From Candidatus Cloacimonadales bacterium (lineage in GTDB: Bacteria; Cloacimonadota; Cloacimonadia; Cloacimonadales; JAFGVF01): DNA of 64,000 bases. Of the stretch, positions 39,686 to 53,600 are shown piece by piece. The DNA is taken from contig CAXXOU010000003.1 of NCBI GenBank assembly GCA_963677495.2, positions 477,872-541,871 on the forward strand, in the 5' to 3' direction. Each line of letters begins with the position of its first letter. Position 1 is the first letter of the stretch. Both the position numbers and the translations under genes were made by a program. Under the pieces are notes generated by a model that had not been told where the DNA came from, searched no databases, and worked only from the letters and a program-made list of their open reading frames with translations.

Positions 39686-41440
39686 TTACTTAAGAAGAAG
39701 CATCTTCTTTGTCTTAGTATATGAGCCCTTCTTGAGTTTGTAGAAGTATATTCCTGAAGGCATAGGGTTATTGTTATCATCATCCCCTTTCCAGTCAATC
39801 GAGTGTCTACCATCACCCATAAGGCTTGATTTAATTGTCTTTACCTTCTGTCCGAGAAGATTGTATACAGATAAATCAACCTCTCCTGCTTCTTTTAATG
39901 TAAATGATATTGTTGTTTTTGGGTTGAACGGATTAGGGTAATTACTCATCTTAATATCAGGAACAGTTTGCACAAACTCGTCAGCACTATCAATTGGCGC
40001 AGTTTTAACCGGTACAACCAGAACTCCATGCTCATGAATAACTTTGATGCGAGAATAAAGGTAAGGAATACGCACCGGAACAGCAATCCAAAGCTCCAGT
40101 TGAATTGTCTCCCCAAATGGAAGAAGGTATGGTAACTCTGTGGTTGATGAACAAGCCATACCTCCGAAGCAATCTTCAACTTCGATTGCTTCAATAAGTA
40201 ATCCATCTAGTTCTGTGTCATTAAAGATAGATATTGGTTCTGGATTACATAGTTCTTCAAAAGTATTTATAATCACTTCATCCGGGAAAGCTCCAACATA
40301 GTGTCGATGGTTTATATCCACAACAGCACCTTCGCAAACAGTCATGCCATACTGCATTTCATCGGGGACTAAATACCAGCCATCTGAACTACCTCCCCAA
40401 CCATAATTGATATGAAAGTAACCATCTGAGTTATAACCATCAAGCACAACATTATGACCACTATCCCAAGCAGGAGTAACCACAGCGTAGTGTACCGGTT
40501 TTCCTTCCATCATATTGTCTATCATGCGTTGCATTAAGTCTGGAGAAGATTCATCAAGAAGTTCCATACCTTCAAAGTTCATTCTTTCGTAAGCAGTCAT
40601 TGCTTGTCCTACACCAAAAGTACCTGACCCACCTGAATTATACACCTGCTCAGCTAAAACACCACATGCGAATACAAGCGATGCTTTGTCTTCATCTGTT
40701 AAATCATGCCCAAATCTCATTCTATATGATAATGAGTCTAGATAAGCATTTAATTGAGGAAAGGAAAGGAAATCGTATGCAAGGTAATCATCATCAATCT
40801 GGTAAGAGTTTCCTCCATAATTGTGGTAATAATCATCCTCATCAGTGAACTCTTTTTCGTTTACTGACGCATGATAGTTTACTATCTGTGCCATTGCAAC
40901 TGAAGGGCAACCTGCATAACTTCTACTATTGGAAACTAAATCCATGGGACAAAACATGCGATATACACCTGTTTGTGACCATTGAGTTTGCACCCAACCA
41001 CCGGTTGATGTAAGATATGATGGAGGCCAATATTCAACTTCCGGTTCATCTCTATCAGATAAAAGGCTATCCCACTTAAAATTACGTAAATACAATTCTC
41101 TTTCCGGCAAGCTGTAAACGTTCTGTAATCTATATGAAATATCTGTAGTAACAAGCTCATGGAACTTCTGTTCATCAGCGTTATTGGTAGTTGAATAAGC
41201 TATTATCGGAGGTAAGTTCTTATTAGCAGTTGTAACAATATAACCCTGAGGTTTTAGATTAAAGATAGTGCCAATTGATTGCCCACTAACAGTAATACTT
41301 TCCTCTGAAAAGATAGAATAACCAGAAGATACCTTCTGCAACTGTTTTTCTGCGACAACTCGCATCTCAATTTCAGACACTGTAACAGCAGTAAGCCCTA
41401 ATGTAATAAACAGAAAAAGAATAATCCATACTTTAGTCAT
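39686..41440 (-). CDS. Secreted C10 (streptopain/SpeB-like) cysteine protease with prodomain and C-terminal FlgD-Ig/T9SS-type-A-like sorting domain
   Basis: Signal peptide; I69-like prodomain (GYIVTTAN..LPPIIAYS); catalytic AGCPSVAMAQI, GHNVVLDGY, FHINYGWGG; C-terminal NYPNPFNPKTTISF..VYNLLGQKV..SGIYFY..KKMLLLK. Likely start at 41440 after GAGGAG. Confidence 0.9.
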   Translation of the reverse strand: MTKVWIILFLFITLGLTAVTVSEIEMRVVAEKQLQKVSSGYSIFSEESITVSGQSIGTIFNLKPQGYIVTTANKNLPPIIAYSTTNNADEQKFHELVTTDISYRLQNVYSLPERELYLRNFKWDSLLSDRDEPEVEYWPPSYLTSTGGWVQTQWSQTGVYRMFCPMDLVSNSRSYAGCPSVAMAQIVNYHASVNEKEFTDEDDYYHNYGGNSYQIDDDYLAYDFLSFPQLNAYLDSLSYRMRFGHDLTDEDKASLVFACGVLAEQVYNSGGSGTFGVGQAMTAYERMNFEGMELLDESSPDLMQRMIDNMMEGKPVHYAVVTPAWDSGHNVVLDGYNSDGYFHINYGWGGSSDGWYLVPDEMQYGMTVCEGAVVDINHRHYVGAFPDEVIINTFEELCNPEPISIFNDTELDGLLIEAIEVEDCFGGMACSSTTELPYLLPFGETIQLELWIAVPVRIPYLYSRIKVIHEHGVLVVPVKTAPIDSADEFVQTVPDIKMSNYPNPFNPKTTISFTLKEAGEVDLSVYNLLGQKVKTIKSSLMGDGRHSIDWKGDDDNNNPMPSGIYFYKLKKGSYTKTKKMLLLK

Positions 41441-41621
41441 GATACTGACTCCTCTCATAGTTTTCTCCATGTTTATTCCAATAACTACTAATAATTAAAT
41501 TATTGTCAATAAAGAATCTAACATTTAAAATTCTATCAACTAAAAACGCGATATGGGTTTAGTGATGCCCAAAGCAATCTTAACAAAAAAAATAGTACAC
41601 TTATGAATTGTGATTTTTAAC

Positions 41622-41681
41622 AAAAAAGGTTGCCCACGTTGATTGCATCTTAAATCAGTTCAGCATATCAAGGGGCAACCT
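41622..41681 (-). terminator. Long hairpin terminator after the giant protein gene
   Basis: AGGTTGCCC (41627-41635) / GGGCAACCT (41673-41681) with partial inner pairing, followed on the minus strand by a T tract. Confidence 0.65.
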
Positions 41682-41691
41682 AGTTTAATGT

Positions 41692-44600
41692 TTATTCTCT
41701 GCTACTCCTTAATCCGGAGTTAGAAGAGCTACTGAATGTTGGGAGTGCTAAAACTCCTCTAGTTTGTGTTAGATATTCGTTTAGAGCTCTTAAATCACCC
41801 ACAAAACCAATCAACTTATAATATTTCATACTATGTCTTACATTTTGATCAGTATATGTTGTTAACAATCCGCTATCTCCAAGATATCTAAACTCACTAT
41901 CCGGGCTGTCACTCCAGTAGATTAGATAATGATTTACAGTAACTGGATTACCATAATAGTCATTAACAATTGGATCCCAGTTCAATATTATATTGTTGCC
42001 TGCTACGAACGCAGTAAAATTCTGAGGAGCAGGGAGAGGTAACTGGCTTACTAGTACATGATTTTCGTGATAGACAGTATCTATAAGTGTATCTGATGCA
42101 ACGATAAGCCTCACTGAGTAAACTCCAGAATTAGCATAAGTGTATGTTACATCCTGCTGTGTAGAAGTTCCTCCATCACCAAAGTCCCAGCTAATTGTAA
42201 CAACTTCAGGAATATGACCATGAATATCAGCATGGTAGACTGAAGGTGTACCTTGAATTATTGTCTGATCATCCACGATAATGCTAACTTCATGATGATA
42301 ATAAATACCACCCATATCAAGTCTTGTACCATCAGGGTCAGAGTCATCCATATCCCCATCATAATATGTCCATCCGTCACCATCAGAATCAATATCACCG
42401 GCATCAATCAATGGACTTTGATAGTACAAGCTGTAATCTCCGTTAGCTGCATCAGTGAACATAGGATCTACGTTCAAGTTTCCAATCCCTGCAACAGGTG
42501 TAGTAGTATTGGAGTCACAATAACGAGCGGTAATGATAGCATTTGTAATATCATAAGGTTGTGCAATTGGGCTGTCGCTCCAAATAATTGAGTTATCCAA
42601 ATTTACCGAAACATTTTGAGCTTCCAGTGCATGTGGATAATTATCAATCGTGAACTTACTGACATCAAGCTCAGCATTATTAACAACCTTAACTGCCGAA
42701 ATCATTTGCGATGCCATATCAGAGGTTGCAATCACTACATTTTCATGCATCTCAGATAGAGTTGAGTTAAGATCAAAGCCAACTGCATTATTAGTTAAGA
42801 GGTTAGAAGATATTGTTGAGTTATTAGTTCCGCGAACTTTAACACCTGTGTGGAATCCATCAATTTTGCAACCTTCAATTAAGGCATCTACATTGTTACC
42901 TAAATCAAGTCCGATGCCGGTTAAACGAGATGAGTTCTCACTATTCCTAATTCTAACATTAGTTAACGTTGGAGTAGCACGATTAGAAGTTCTATTATCA
43001 AACACAAGGCCATAATCAATACCTGAAAGTGTATCACTATCGCAATAGATTCTAGGTATGTTTCTGAGATAGAAGCCATAGCTATTAGGACGGACACTGT
43101 TCTCGCTGTTTCGAACTCGAACATTGGTCAAAGTTGGAACTTCCCTTCCTAAGTCTCCATCTAACAAGTAAACGAGACCATTACCGGTATTCTCAGAGAT
43201 GTAATCCCTTACCTGAAGGTTGACTCTACCTGATGCTTTCAAACCGAATACAGTCTCATCTAATACACGAAGTGGTATTGGACGGGAAGAGTTTTCACTA
43301 TTTCTCACTCTTATGTTTGTAAGTACCGGAGTAGTCATATTTGCGGAGTTATCCGTATACAGTTCGATTCCTTGCGGATAGTTCTCTATCTCACAATCGT
43401 CTATCTCAAAACTGCAACTACCTGAAATTGAGATACCTTTTGTAGCAACACGACTACTATTTTCACTATTCCGAACCCGTACATTTGTAAGTGTTGGCAC
43501 ATCGAAACTGGAGTCTACATCATATAATTCAAGGCCAATACTCATATCTTCAATTTCAAGACCATCAATAGTTGGTGATAATGAACCGGTAACAACTAAA
43601 CCCTTAGTATCTGGTCTTACGCTGTTTTCACTGTTTCTAACCCGGACATTAGTAAGTGTTGGAGTTGCGGTAGTAGCCGAATCGTTTGTCAGAAGAATAC
43701 CTGACTCATAATCTTCTACAAGTAAGCTATCGATAGTTGCAGAGACAGAGCCGGAAAGAATGAATCCTTCTCCATTGTTTCTTGATGAGTTCTCACTATT
43801 ACGAATTCGAACGTTAGTCAAGGTTGGTGTAGTCTCAATAGTTCCTAATTGTTCATAGTAGACACCGGTATTGAAGTTATCAGTTTCTACATCGATAAGA
43901 CTAGTTGAGATTGAGCCTGAAACATAGATACCGTATGTATCAGTTCTGACACTATTCTCACTGTTCCTGACTCTTACATTTGTTAAAGTTGGTGTTGCAA
44001 GTGTTGCTGAATCATTATCCATCAATATTGCAGTACCATAACCTTCAATATCAAGTCCTGTAATATTTGCAGATGAGAACCCGTTAATTAACAGTCCTTC
44101 TCTGAGATTACGTACACTGTTTTCACTGTTTCTAATTCTAACATTGGTAAGGGTTGGCACTTGATCATCATCATCCAAGAGTAAACCTGTTTCATAATCT
44201 ATTATTTCCAGACTATCAACGATAGCTGCCCCGGAGATGTGACAACCTGTACCGTCCAGCGATGGATTATCAATGGTAATATTATTTAGTGATGGAGAGT
44301 ATCCGGCCGAAGTATCCAGCACCAGACCTGTACCATATCCACTTACTTCAATATAGGATAAAATAGGAGATGTTGCTCCTGAAATAGATAATCCGGTACC
44401 GGTTGAAAGTGACCTGTTCAATGTATCTGGTGCTGCAAGGAAAACCATATCACTGAATTCAGGGCTTCCACCCGTAATAGTTAAAGGAGTATCCGCATTT
44501 AGTACAATACAACCCGACATATCTGAGCTATCAGAACCATCCATAAACATGAAACCACCCCAATTAGTGTCTAATTCTGTTGTGAAGGTAGCTCCATCTG

Positions 44601-47600
44601 CTATCAATTCTCCTTCGATGAGGAATGGGTCGTCAGTGAAAACGTTCACTACAACTCCGGGTTCTACTTGTAAACGTCCAGTAGCAGGCACTGATACTTG
44701 TCCAAACACATTGTATGGTGATGATGCCGGAGACCAAGTTTCATCAATTATATCCCCACCCGGTACACCTGTACCATTAACTACAATTGGTGTGCTACTG
44801 GTATGAGAATATGCCGTTCCACCAGGCTCTGATCTAACTGTCAGAGTAACATAATAATCACCACTAATATTGTAAGTATGATTTGGATGCTGAGTAAACA
44901 GATCAGGAGTTCCGTCGGATTCGAAATCCCATTCCCAAACAGTTACATTACCTTCAGTAAGATCAGTAAAGTATATCTCTTCACCACCCCATGGAGCTAA
45001 GTTATCAACTGTAAATTGTGGAACTAATGCATCGAGAACTTCTATAGATAAAGTATCTGATGTTACAGAGCGTCCTTGATTGTCACTCACGTTAACTGTA
45101 ACAACTTCAACCCCACTCCAACTTGAATCAGCACTAATTGTGACATCAGTACCTATTACATTAAAGTGAGTATGAATATTGTCTGTAAATGTAAGTGTTA
45201 GCTCATCATCTGTCTGATCAGAATCATAGATATAATCAGCAAAATCGACTACTGAGCTTGTGTTCATCAAGATAGTAATGTCATCAGGTAGTGAAAGGAT
45301 TGGAGCCTCATTAACAGGCCTAATTCTAACAGATATCGTATCTGTGACAGCTGCATTATCGTCATCTCTACATGTAAACACTATCTGTTCTATGCCTTGC
45401 CAACTATAAGTATTAATAGTGACATATCCATTCTGAATAATCACTGAAGAATGACTTTGTCCTGTTGCATAGAAGCGTAATGGATCATTGTCTGCATCAT
45501 TAAAATAGTTGTTTAGATTTAAGTCATTATTAGATGAGTTAACAACTATCTCCATATCCGGAATATTACTAATCAAGCTAGGTGGAGTATTAAGGACATG
45601 CACATAATTCTCATAAACAGCAGTATTTGAAATACCATTTTCATTCGTGACAGTAAGCGAAACATCATAATATCCTTTTGAAAGATACTGATAGGAAGGA
45701 TTTTGTTCGTTACTGTCTATTATGCCATCAGAATCAAAATCCCACTCCCAGAGAACAATAGTTGAATTATCAATAGTGGTTGATGAATCAGTAAACTGAA
45801 CCAAATGAGGTGCCGGACCGGATGGATTATCAACACTAAATTGAGCAATTACAGGACGGTCAATAACCTCAAGATGTGCCTGTAGGTTAAGAGTCTCATT
45901 TCCTGGTTCGTTTGTTAAGAAAGTCAACTGTCCAAGGTAATGACCTCCTCCCATTTGGCCTGCATCAGCAGTGTATCTAAGATAACTGCTACCTGCCGGT
46001 GGGATTGTCATCGAGGTCTGCTCAAGATTAAGCCATGCCAGGTTATTTTTGATAATGTTATAGATATATAAGTTACCCTGTCCGTTATTACTTATAAGGA
46101 GTGAATCTACATTTGACATACCAAGATATACAGTTTTTGAGATGTTGAGAGGGTTGAATCCAATCTGAGGTGGATATGAAGCCTCTGCAGTAAGTGAAAC
46201 TGTTACAACCGGAACTGCCGGATCATTAGATGTAAAAGTAAGCTGTCCAGTATTAACTCCCTCATTAATAGCAGTAAATGCAATTGATAAGGTCTGGCTT
46301 TGCTCGACAGGTACTGAAATAGTTCTATCACGCATATTATTCATTAACTGTGAATTAAACGGTTGCACATCTAAATAAGAATAACCATCTCCTGAAACCT
46401 GAATGTTATCAAGAATAAGTGGAGCATATCCGTTGTTATAGATAACAGCATTTCTTGTTTCAGTAACACCGATAAAACAATTCTGGAAATCAACATTCTG
46501 ATTTACAAGCATAACTTGTGGAGCATAGGCATCGACTTCTACATTTATAGCTTCTACGTCTTCATCACTGCCTTTAGCAGGGTCATAAAGAGTTATCTCT
46601 ATCTGATACGTCCCCGGATTAGCATCTGGTGGTATGTTGAGAGTTGATTGGAGAGGCAAAGACGAATTAAAATCAAGAGTTTGAGGTATTATTGTCTGAT
46701 CCAGTACTGTATCACCCGATAATAATCGAGAATAAACAATAACATCTTGAGTGTTGAGATTACTACTTAATTCATAACTAACTGCAACACTACTTCCTTG
46801 ATATACATCTACAGATTCCAAGTTTAGATTATTAATCATAGCATTTGGTTGAAGACTATTAAGTATCAATAATCCTGAATCAATCATAGAACTGCCTGCA
46901 TCCTGGGAAGTGACATCCAAGTCAATTCTAACAGTATTTGGAGTGCTCGGACTTGTGTTTAAAATTGACGGATCTAAATTGAAATAGGAAGTATTCCAAT
47001 TATCTGGTGAGACTTTTAAATCACCAAGATATATGTTATTTAAATAAACCTGAGATACTTCATTATTATCAATATCTTTAGCCCTTATTCTTAATTGAGC
47101 AGAAGTAACAGAAGGCTCATCAATAAAGATATTGAATTCAACCGGTGCTAAAGCAGATTGCTCGTTGATATTTATATCCAAGTCATTATCAGCTATACCC
47201 GTCATTAAATTGTTTTCATTATCGTTAGTAGTGAAATTGTAGCCACCATAGCTAAGCAATAAAGGTATATCAATTATTCTATTATCCGGTACATTAGTTC
47301 TTAGCCTAAACTCTGCATTATGAAGACCGTAATCAAGCCCAATAGTATTTACGGTTAGTGTTATATCAGCTGAGTTATTAGGAGATATAGCCAAAGAATC
47401 CGGTGAAACAGAAAGCCATGGAACTCTCGAATCCAACTCCTCAGTAAGAATATACAAATCACTCAACCCATTGTTCGTAACAGATAGGAAGTTGTTCTGT
47501 ATATTTTCGTCCGTAATAAACCATTCAAAGGAAGTTTGGTCTAAACTTATTGAAGGTACATATTGGCCTGTACCACTTAGGGCAATTACCTTTTCTGTCT

Positions 47601-50600
47601 CAGTCAAGTCATTAGAATGAATCGTCATAGTTGCTTGCACATGCAGTTCATCAATCGGCGAGAAGAGTACATTCACTACACTATTTTGACCTGTTTCCAG
47701 GATTGTGTTCTCTAAAACATAATCAAAGAGATTATTATCAAAGGTAATATCAGAAATGTAAAGAGTACCAATACCGATATTGGAGATATTCAATGCTAAC
47801 TCACCTGTATCACCAACATTTATTAGTCCAAAATCAACTGTCTCTGAACTCACTATCATGTCAGCATCAGGTTCGAAACCTATACCGGATAAAGCAATTT
47901 CAAATAAAGGATTATCTTGGTCATTCGTATAAATCGTTAGGACATCATTAGCTTCACCTGAGTTTACTGGTTGGAATAGAACCCATAACGTACCAATATC
48001 ACTAGGCTGTATATTTAGGGAAGTGACTTCTGGAGAGAATACAGAAGTTTCTGTACTTATCGGATTTAAGCTAAGATCAAGAAGTCCGGTGTTTTCTATC
48101 TCTAAACCTACTCTTCCTGTATCTCCAATATTCACAGTACCTAAGACGATTTCATTGACTGTAATGTTAGCTTCAGGACGGGCAATAATTCCTGATCCCG
48201 TAAGATTAACTGTTATTGAAGGATTATCCGGGATATTGGTTTCTATTAAGAGTAGACCCGTATATTCAATTTCATTATTAGGGTTAAACGTTATTGTTAA
48301 CTGATCTGTCTGACCCGGTTCAAGAACCATGTTAGCATCAGAGACTGTAAATTCAGGCAAATCACACTGAATATTACTTAATACAAGTGCATCTGTACCT
48401 TCATTACTAATTTCAAGTTGTCGTTCTTCAGGAGTGATTGTAGTAACTAATCCAAAATCCAGTGATGTACTCGAAAGAGCTATATCAGGGATGCCGGTCA
48501 CAAACATTGACACCGGGATTGTTAAAACTGAATTTTGTGGATCATTACTTGTAATATAAACATTGCCATTATATTGTCCACCATTCAGATGATTACTATT
48601 CAAAGCAATTTCTACTGATTCACTTGAACCTGATTCCACAATACCTGAATAAGGTTGAGCACTTAACCAGAAACCATCATCAACTTTGTAGATTGGGCCG
48701 TCATAATCGCAGAAGAAGAAGTCTCTTCCATCAAAGGCAAGAGCATCACACTTTCTATCATCATATAGATCTTCCCGCTCTACGATATGAGCAGTTGAAC
48801 CACTTAATTCAAGTCTAATTATTTCCGCTGTCGGATAGATTATATTGCCGGCTCCATCATCAACTGCAGGGAAGAAATATGCCCAAAGATGATTATCCAG
48901 ATAAGATGGAACATAAATTATCTGTGTTAATAGTCCTTGTTCAGGAATGATATATTCTGACAGAATGTTTCCTTGATAATCCAAAGTTCTGATCACAGGA
49001 TTAATATCCCCTGCACTCACAGCATAGAAATCTGTACCATTGAAAGTAATCGATGAGAAGTCTGAGAATCCTGTATCAAAGCTGTTCCCTGTACTCATCA
49101 AACTGGCTGCATCATAACTGTAAACATATCCACTCTGATTTGATATCCAGATATCGGAACCATCATAAGTTAAACTATATGCTTCATCATGAACAGGATA
49201 TGAGTACCATATAGCTTGAGTCTCATTCCATTTCAAAAGCTGATCATTCTCTCTATCTAAAATATACAACTCATCGTTAATCCATGCCATACCACTACTA
49301 TTAGCAGGTACTGATTGAGGTAAAACATCATACAATTCAGCTAAAGTTCTTTGAGAAGGATTGAAATCAATCCTATCTGTTATACTATCTACATTGATAA
49401 CCTCTTCAGGAGCATAGTCCCCTAAATCATCTCTATTTCCATCTCTGAACTGTGGTTGAACTCTTCTTGAGGTATCTTTATCAAGCTGAATCTGATAACT
49501 TAATGGTGTCCCACCAATATTTTCAATCACTAAATCATATAGAGCGACTTCTGTATCGTGTAAGGCTGCCTGGAATGAAGTTTGGTTTATTTGTATAACT
49601 GGTTCACCAACAGCATTGGCAGTTATGAGAATTGTAATCATAGAATGCTCAGGGTCATTTGAGTTAAACTGAATATTACCACTATATTGTCCGGAAGCAT
49701 TAGCAGTAAACATAAACTCGATTGATTGTTGACTCCAAGGGCTGATATTCAACAATTGCTGCTGGAATTGAATCTCAGGTAAGTCAGAACTGAAGTTTGT
49801 TAGACTTAGGTCAGCATATCCGTTATTACTAACAACAATACTTCCTAATACCTGCTCTCCGGTATAAACAGTTTCTAAATCATAAGCACTTGGATAAACA
49901 ACTTCAGGATCAGCAGAAACAGATAGTTGAACTGGAATTACTATATACCTGTTGTTAGGGTCATTGGTTGTTATATTGATGTTAGCGAAATAGTTCCCGG
50001 CAAATAAAGAAGTTGCATCTATTATGAAATCAATATTTTCACTGGTATCTGCATTAACAACGCCACTGTAGTCACTATAAGATAACCAGCTAAACTCATT
50101 AATACCATCATCTACTCTATGTATGAATGTGTTGTATAGGCCAGCAACATACAAATCCCTGCCATCATGACAGATACTATATGATGTTCCCCAATCCGGT
50201 ACATTAATCAATTGCTGATGTTGAATTGTATTGCCAATTCTTAATCTTCTCAGCTGATTATTATCACTATTTAAGGCCCAGAGTTGACCTGTTTCATGTG
50301 ATTCAACCCAAGTTAAGGCATTAACAGCACCCGAGAATGAACGGTTATAAGTCTCAAGTACTGTACCATCAGATGATACTTTGTATACTTGAGCATAAGG
50401 GATTGAACTATCTGTTATATAAAGATTAGTACCATCACAACAGAAAGCCGGGTTTGTCATCAAATCATTTGAGAAAGTTCCCAACAATGTATCGTTTAAA
50501 TCGAAATGATAGAAAGTACCACTACTTGAACCAATCCAGTAACCTTCATTTGACTTAGCGATTCCCCAAGGAGCTAAATGGATATCTATGGTTTCAAGAA

Positions 50601-53600
50601 CCTGTTCTGTATCCTTATCATACTTAACGAGCTGACTGTCATCATAATCTATCAGGTAGAAAGTTCCAAATATTTCAGCCATTCCATGAATATTCTGTGG
50701 TATATTGGCATATTCTGCTTCGACATTGTTTCTACTACTTGTTTCTTCAATTTCGATGTAGTATTCTAATTGTGTTCCCTGAGTAATTGCATTACTCACT
50801 TGAATTGTTTCAATACCTGTAGTACCATTCTGCATATTTAATGCTAATTGAGCAGGTTGCACATTAGCACTTGGAGGAAGAACACCCTCACCTAAAAGGC
50901 CTATCTGATAATCTGAAGGTGATAAAGAAGTTGAAACAATCAAATCAGTATTATAAACAATATCACTATCCGGAGTGAAACTCACAATAACTCTCTCAGA
51001 ACTACCCGGAACAATTGTTGTAGTTGTTATTGAAGGCGTAAACGCAGGCAATGGACTTGATATGTTATAAATTTCAAGATTGTCAGTGCCTGTATTGATA
51101 ATACTAAAACTTAATGTATCAGTAATAGCAGTAACTACTGTGCCAAAATCAAGATTATCAGGAGTTAAGGCAATATTTGCTGTGCCAGTAACAACAAGAT
51201 TAATTGGTAGAAAAACTTCACTATTAATCGGATCATTGCTTTCAAACATTATATTAGCAGTGTAATCACCAGTAATCATACTGGCAGTATTAACTATAAG
51301 AACTAGGGTCTCATTAGTTGATTGTGTCGTATTGCCTTGAGGTAAGGAAGATGTAAGCCACTCAGGTGTATCAGTTAGAGTTGATCTTTCCAATTCATAA
51401 CTTCCAAACAATACTCCATCGTTTGCATATTGAGTAGTATCATCTAGTCCGGCATCCATGCTCCAATAACCATTTAATCCTGTTTCATCACCAATAAGCC
51501 GGGTATGTGAGTACATGAATATCTCTGTTTCTGTTCTTGCGTCATCCCAGACTCGGAAATCATCAACACTTCCATTAAGTCTATACCATCTTCTGTCGAT
51601 AGGAAGGAGTTTGCCAACGACCCAAGGATCGGTATTACCATTGTAGTTACTTAAAGTACTTTCAGCAACAAGCTCTTGATTTAAATAAAAATGCACTTGA
51701 TTAGCACTATATACTACAGAAGCCTGATACCAGATATGGTGCTCTATACAATCCGGTATTGTTAGATGTAACAAATCATTTGGAGCTCTCATCATTAAGT
51801 GTAATTCTTTCTTATCGTCTCCACTATCTAAGCCATTAGTATATATACCAAAGAAACCATCACTACTTTCATCAGACTTACTTATTATGTACTGAATACC
51901 TGTTCCGTTTGAAGTTATCACTCCTGTAGGTGATTGAGAGTAATCACTATCAACTTTAAACCATGTTTCTACAGTGAACTCCCCATCAAATAACTGAATT
52001 TCACTTGAGTTATCTATAACTCCATATTGCGAGTCACCCGGATTACCGTCTAACTGTAAAGCATTACCCATGTTTTGATGCATCTTCCAAATCAGGTCTG
52101 ATAAACCTGTATTCTGCACTTGAAGATTTTCTGTATGTGAAACACCGGACTGCAGGTAAAGATTATAAGCTTGGTTAGACAATTGCATTTCAGGTGCTAA
52201 TATACCGGTACCAACCATATTAATTGCTAGTGTAGGAGCATTAGGAGCATTAGACGTTATGTTTAACTGACCGTTGAACTGACCAGAAGACTGAGGTGCA
52301 AATGTCACTTCTAAAGTATGAGTTTCTCCAGTTTCAAGAGATGCTGTTCCTGCCTGAATAATGAAACTATCTTCAGTTGATTCCCAATTGAAATCAAGAG
52401 TTGCTGGACCGCTGTTAGTTATAATTACATCTTTAGTCTCCGGTATAACATTGAAGACATCTCCGAATTCTAAAGCGTCAATAGAGCTTTCCAGATAAGG
52501 GATATTCGCTATAGCTTCTCCATAAAGATTTAAAACAATAAATGATTCATCATCGTCATTTGAAGCAATAGTAAGGAAACCGTCATGATTGCCTACTTCT
52601 TGAGGTAAGAAGGTTACTGTAATTAACTGCTCGTTTCCAGGTAGTATATCTGCACTATTGGGAACAACTGTGTACTCAGGAATGTTAGTTCCTATGGATG
52701 TAACACTCAGAGTATTCAAACCTGAGTTAGCAATTGTAAATTCCCGAACAACAGGAACATTATCAGGTGTTACACCAAAATCTATCTCAGAAATACTGAC
52801 ATCAATATCAGGAACATGTGGTTCCACTTCAAGTGGTGTTACCAAATAATCATGGCACTTACCTAAAGAATCAAGGACATAAATATTTACGAAAGCAGTC
52901 CCTATTTCTGCAGTTATCGGTATTCCAAGATTCACTGTAATAGCATCATCATTAGAACCATAAACATGCTCAAAATCTACTGAGTTCGAAAGAGCTGTTC
53001 CACTCTGTGTTAACGTTGTATTGATATTTGCTGCAAAGACACTATTACTTGTATCTATCTCTTCGATAACTGCAACAGAACTACCGGGGTAGTATCTTGA
53101 TGAATCAAGATTTACGGACCTAATATGGGCATCACCTTGTTCATTGTTGATAATCAATTGTCCACTATCAATAAATAGGTTATCTCCCATCATATCAACA
53201 TCAAGTTCAATTTTTACAATGTTTATTCCATCAGCACTCAGAATATCCGGAGATATTGGGAAGTTGTTTATCGATGTAGTTACATCAAGTCCTGTTAATA
53301 CACCAACTTGATTTTCATTTAGGTAAACTATACACCTTTCTCCAAGGGCACTATCGATATCTCGTCCCCTAATAATCAAATCAACTGTATTTACTTGTTC
53401 ATTTGGATCACTGTAGATAGCAAATTCAACAGGCTGTATTGCTGAACCATGGCCTAAAGACACACTTAAGTCATTATCTGGACTAAACTCACCTTGGTTG
53501 TTCATATTATCAAAGTTAGTGTAATTCAAATACTCTTTACGAACAGTAACATTAAAATCAAATATAGGATTATCAGGATCGTTGGTCATGAAAGTAACTG

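Noticed and set aside
42925..44157. NSENS repeats as a DGR template/variable region or RiPP core peptides
   Set aside because: Differences are synonymous rather than adenine-specific diversification, there is no reverse transcriptase or RiPP maturase nearby, and the motifs sit in a continuous beta-helix of a secreted protein
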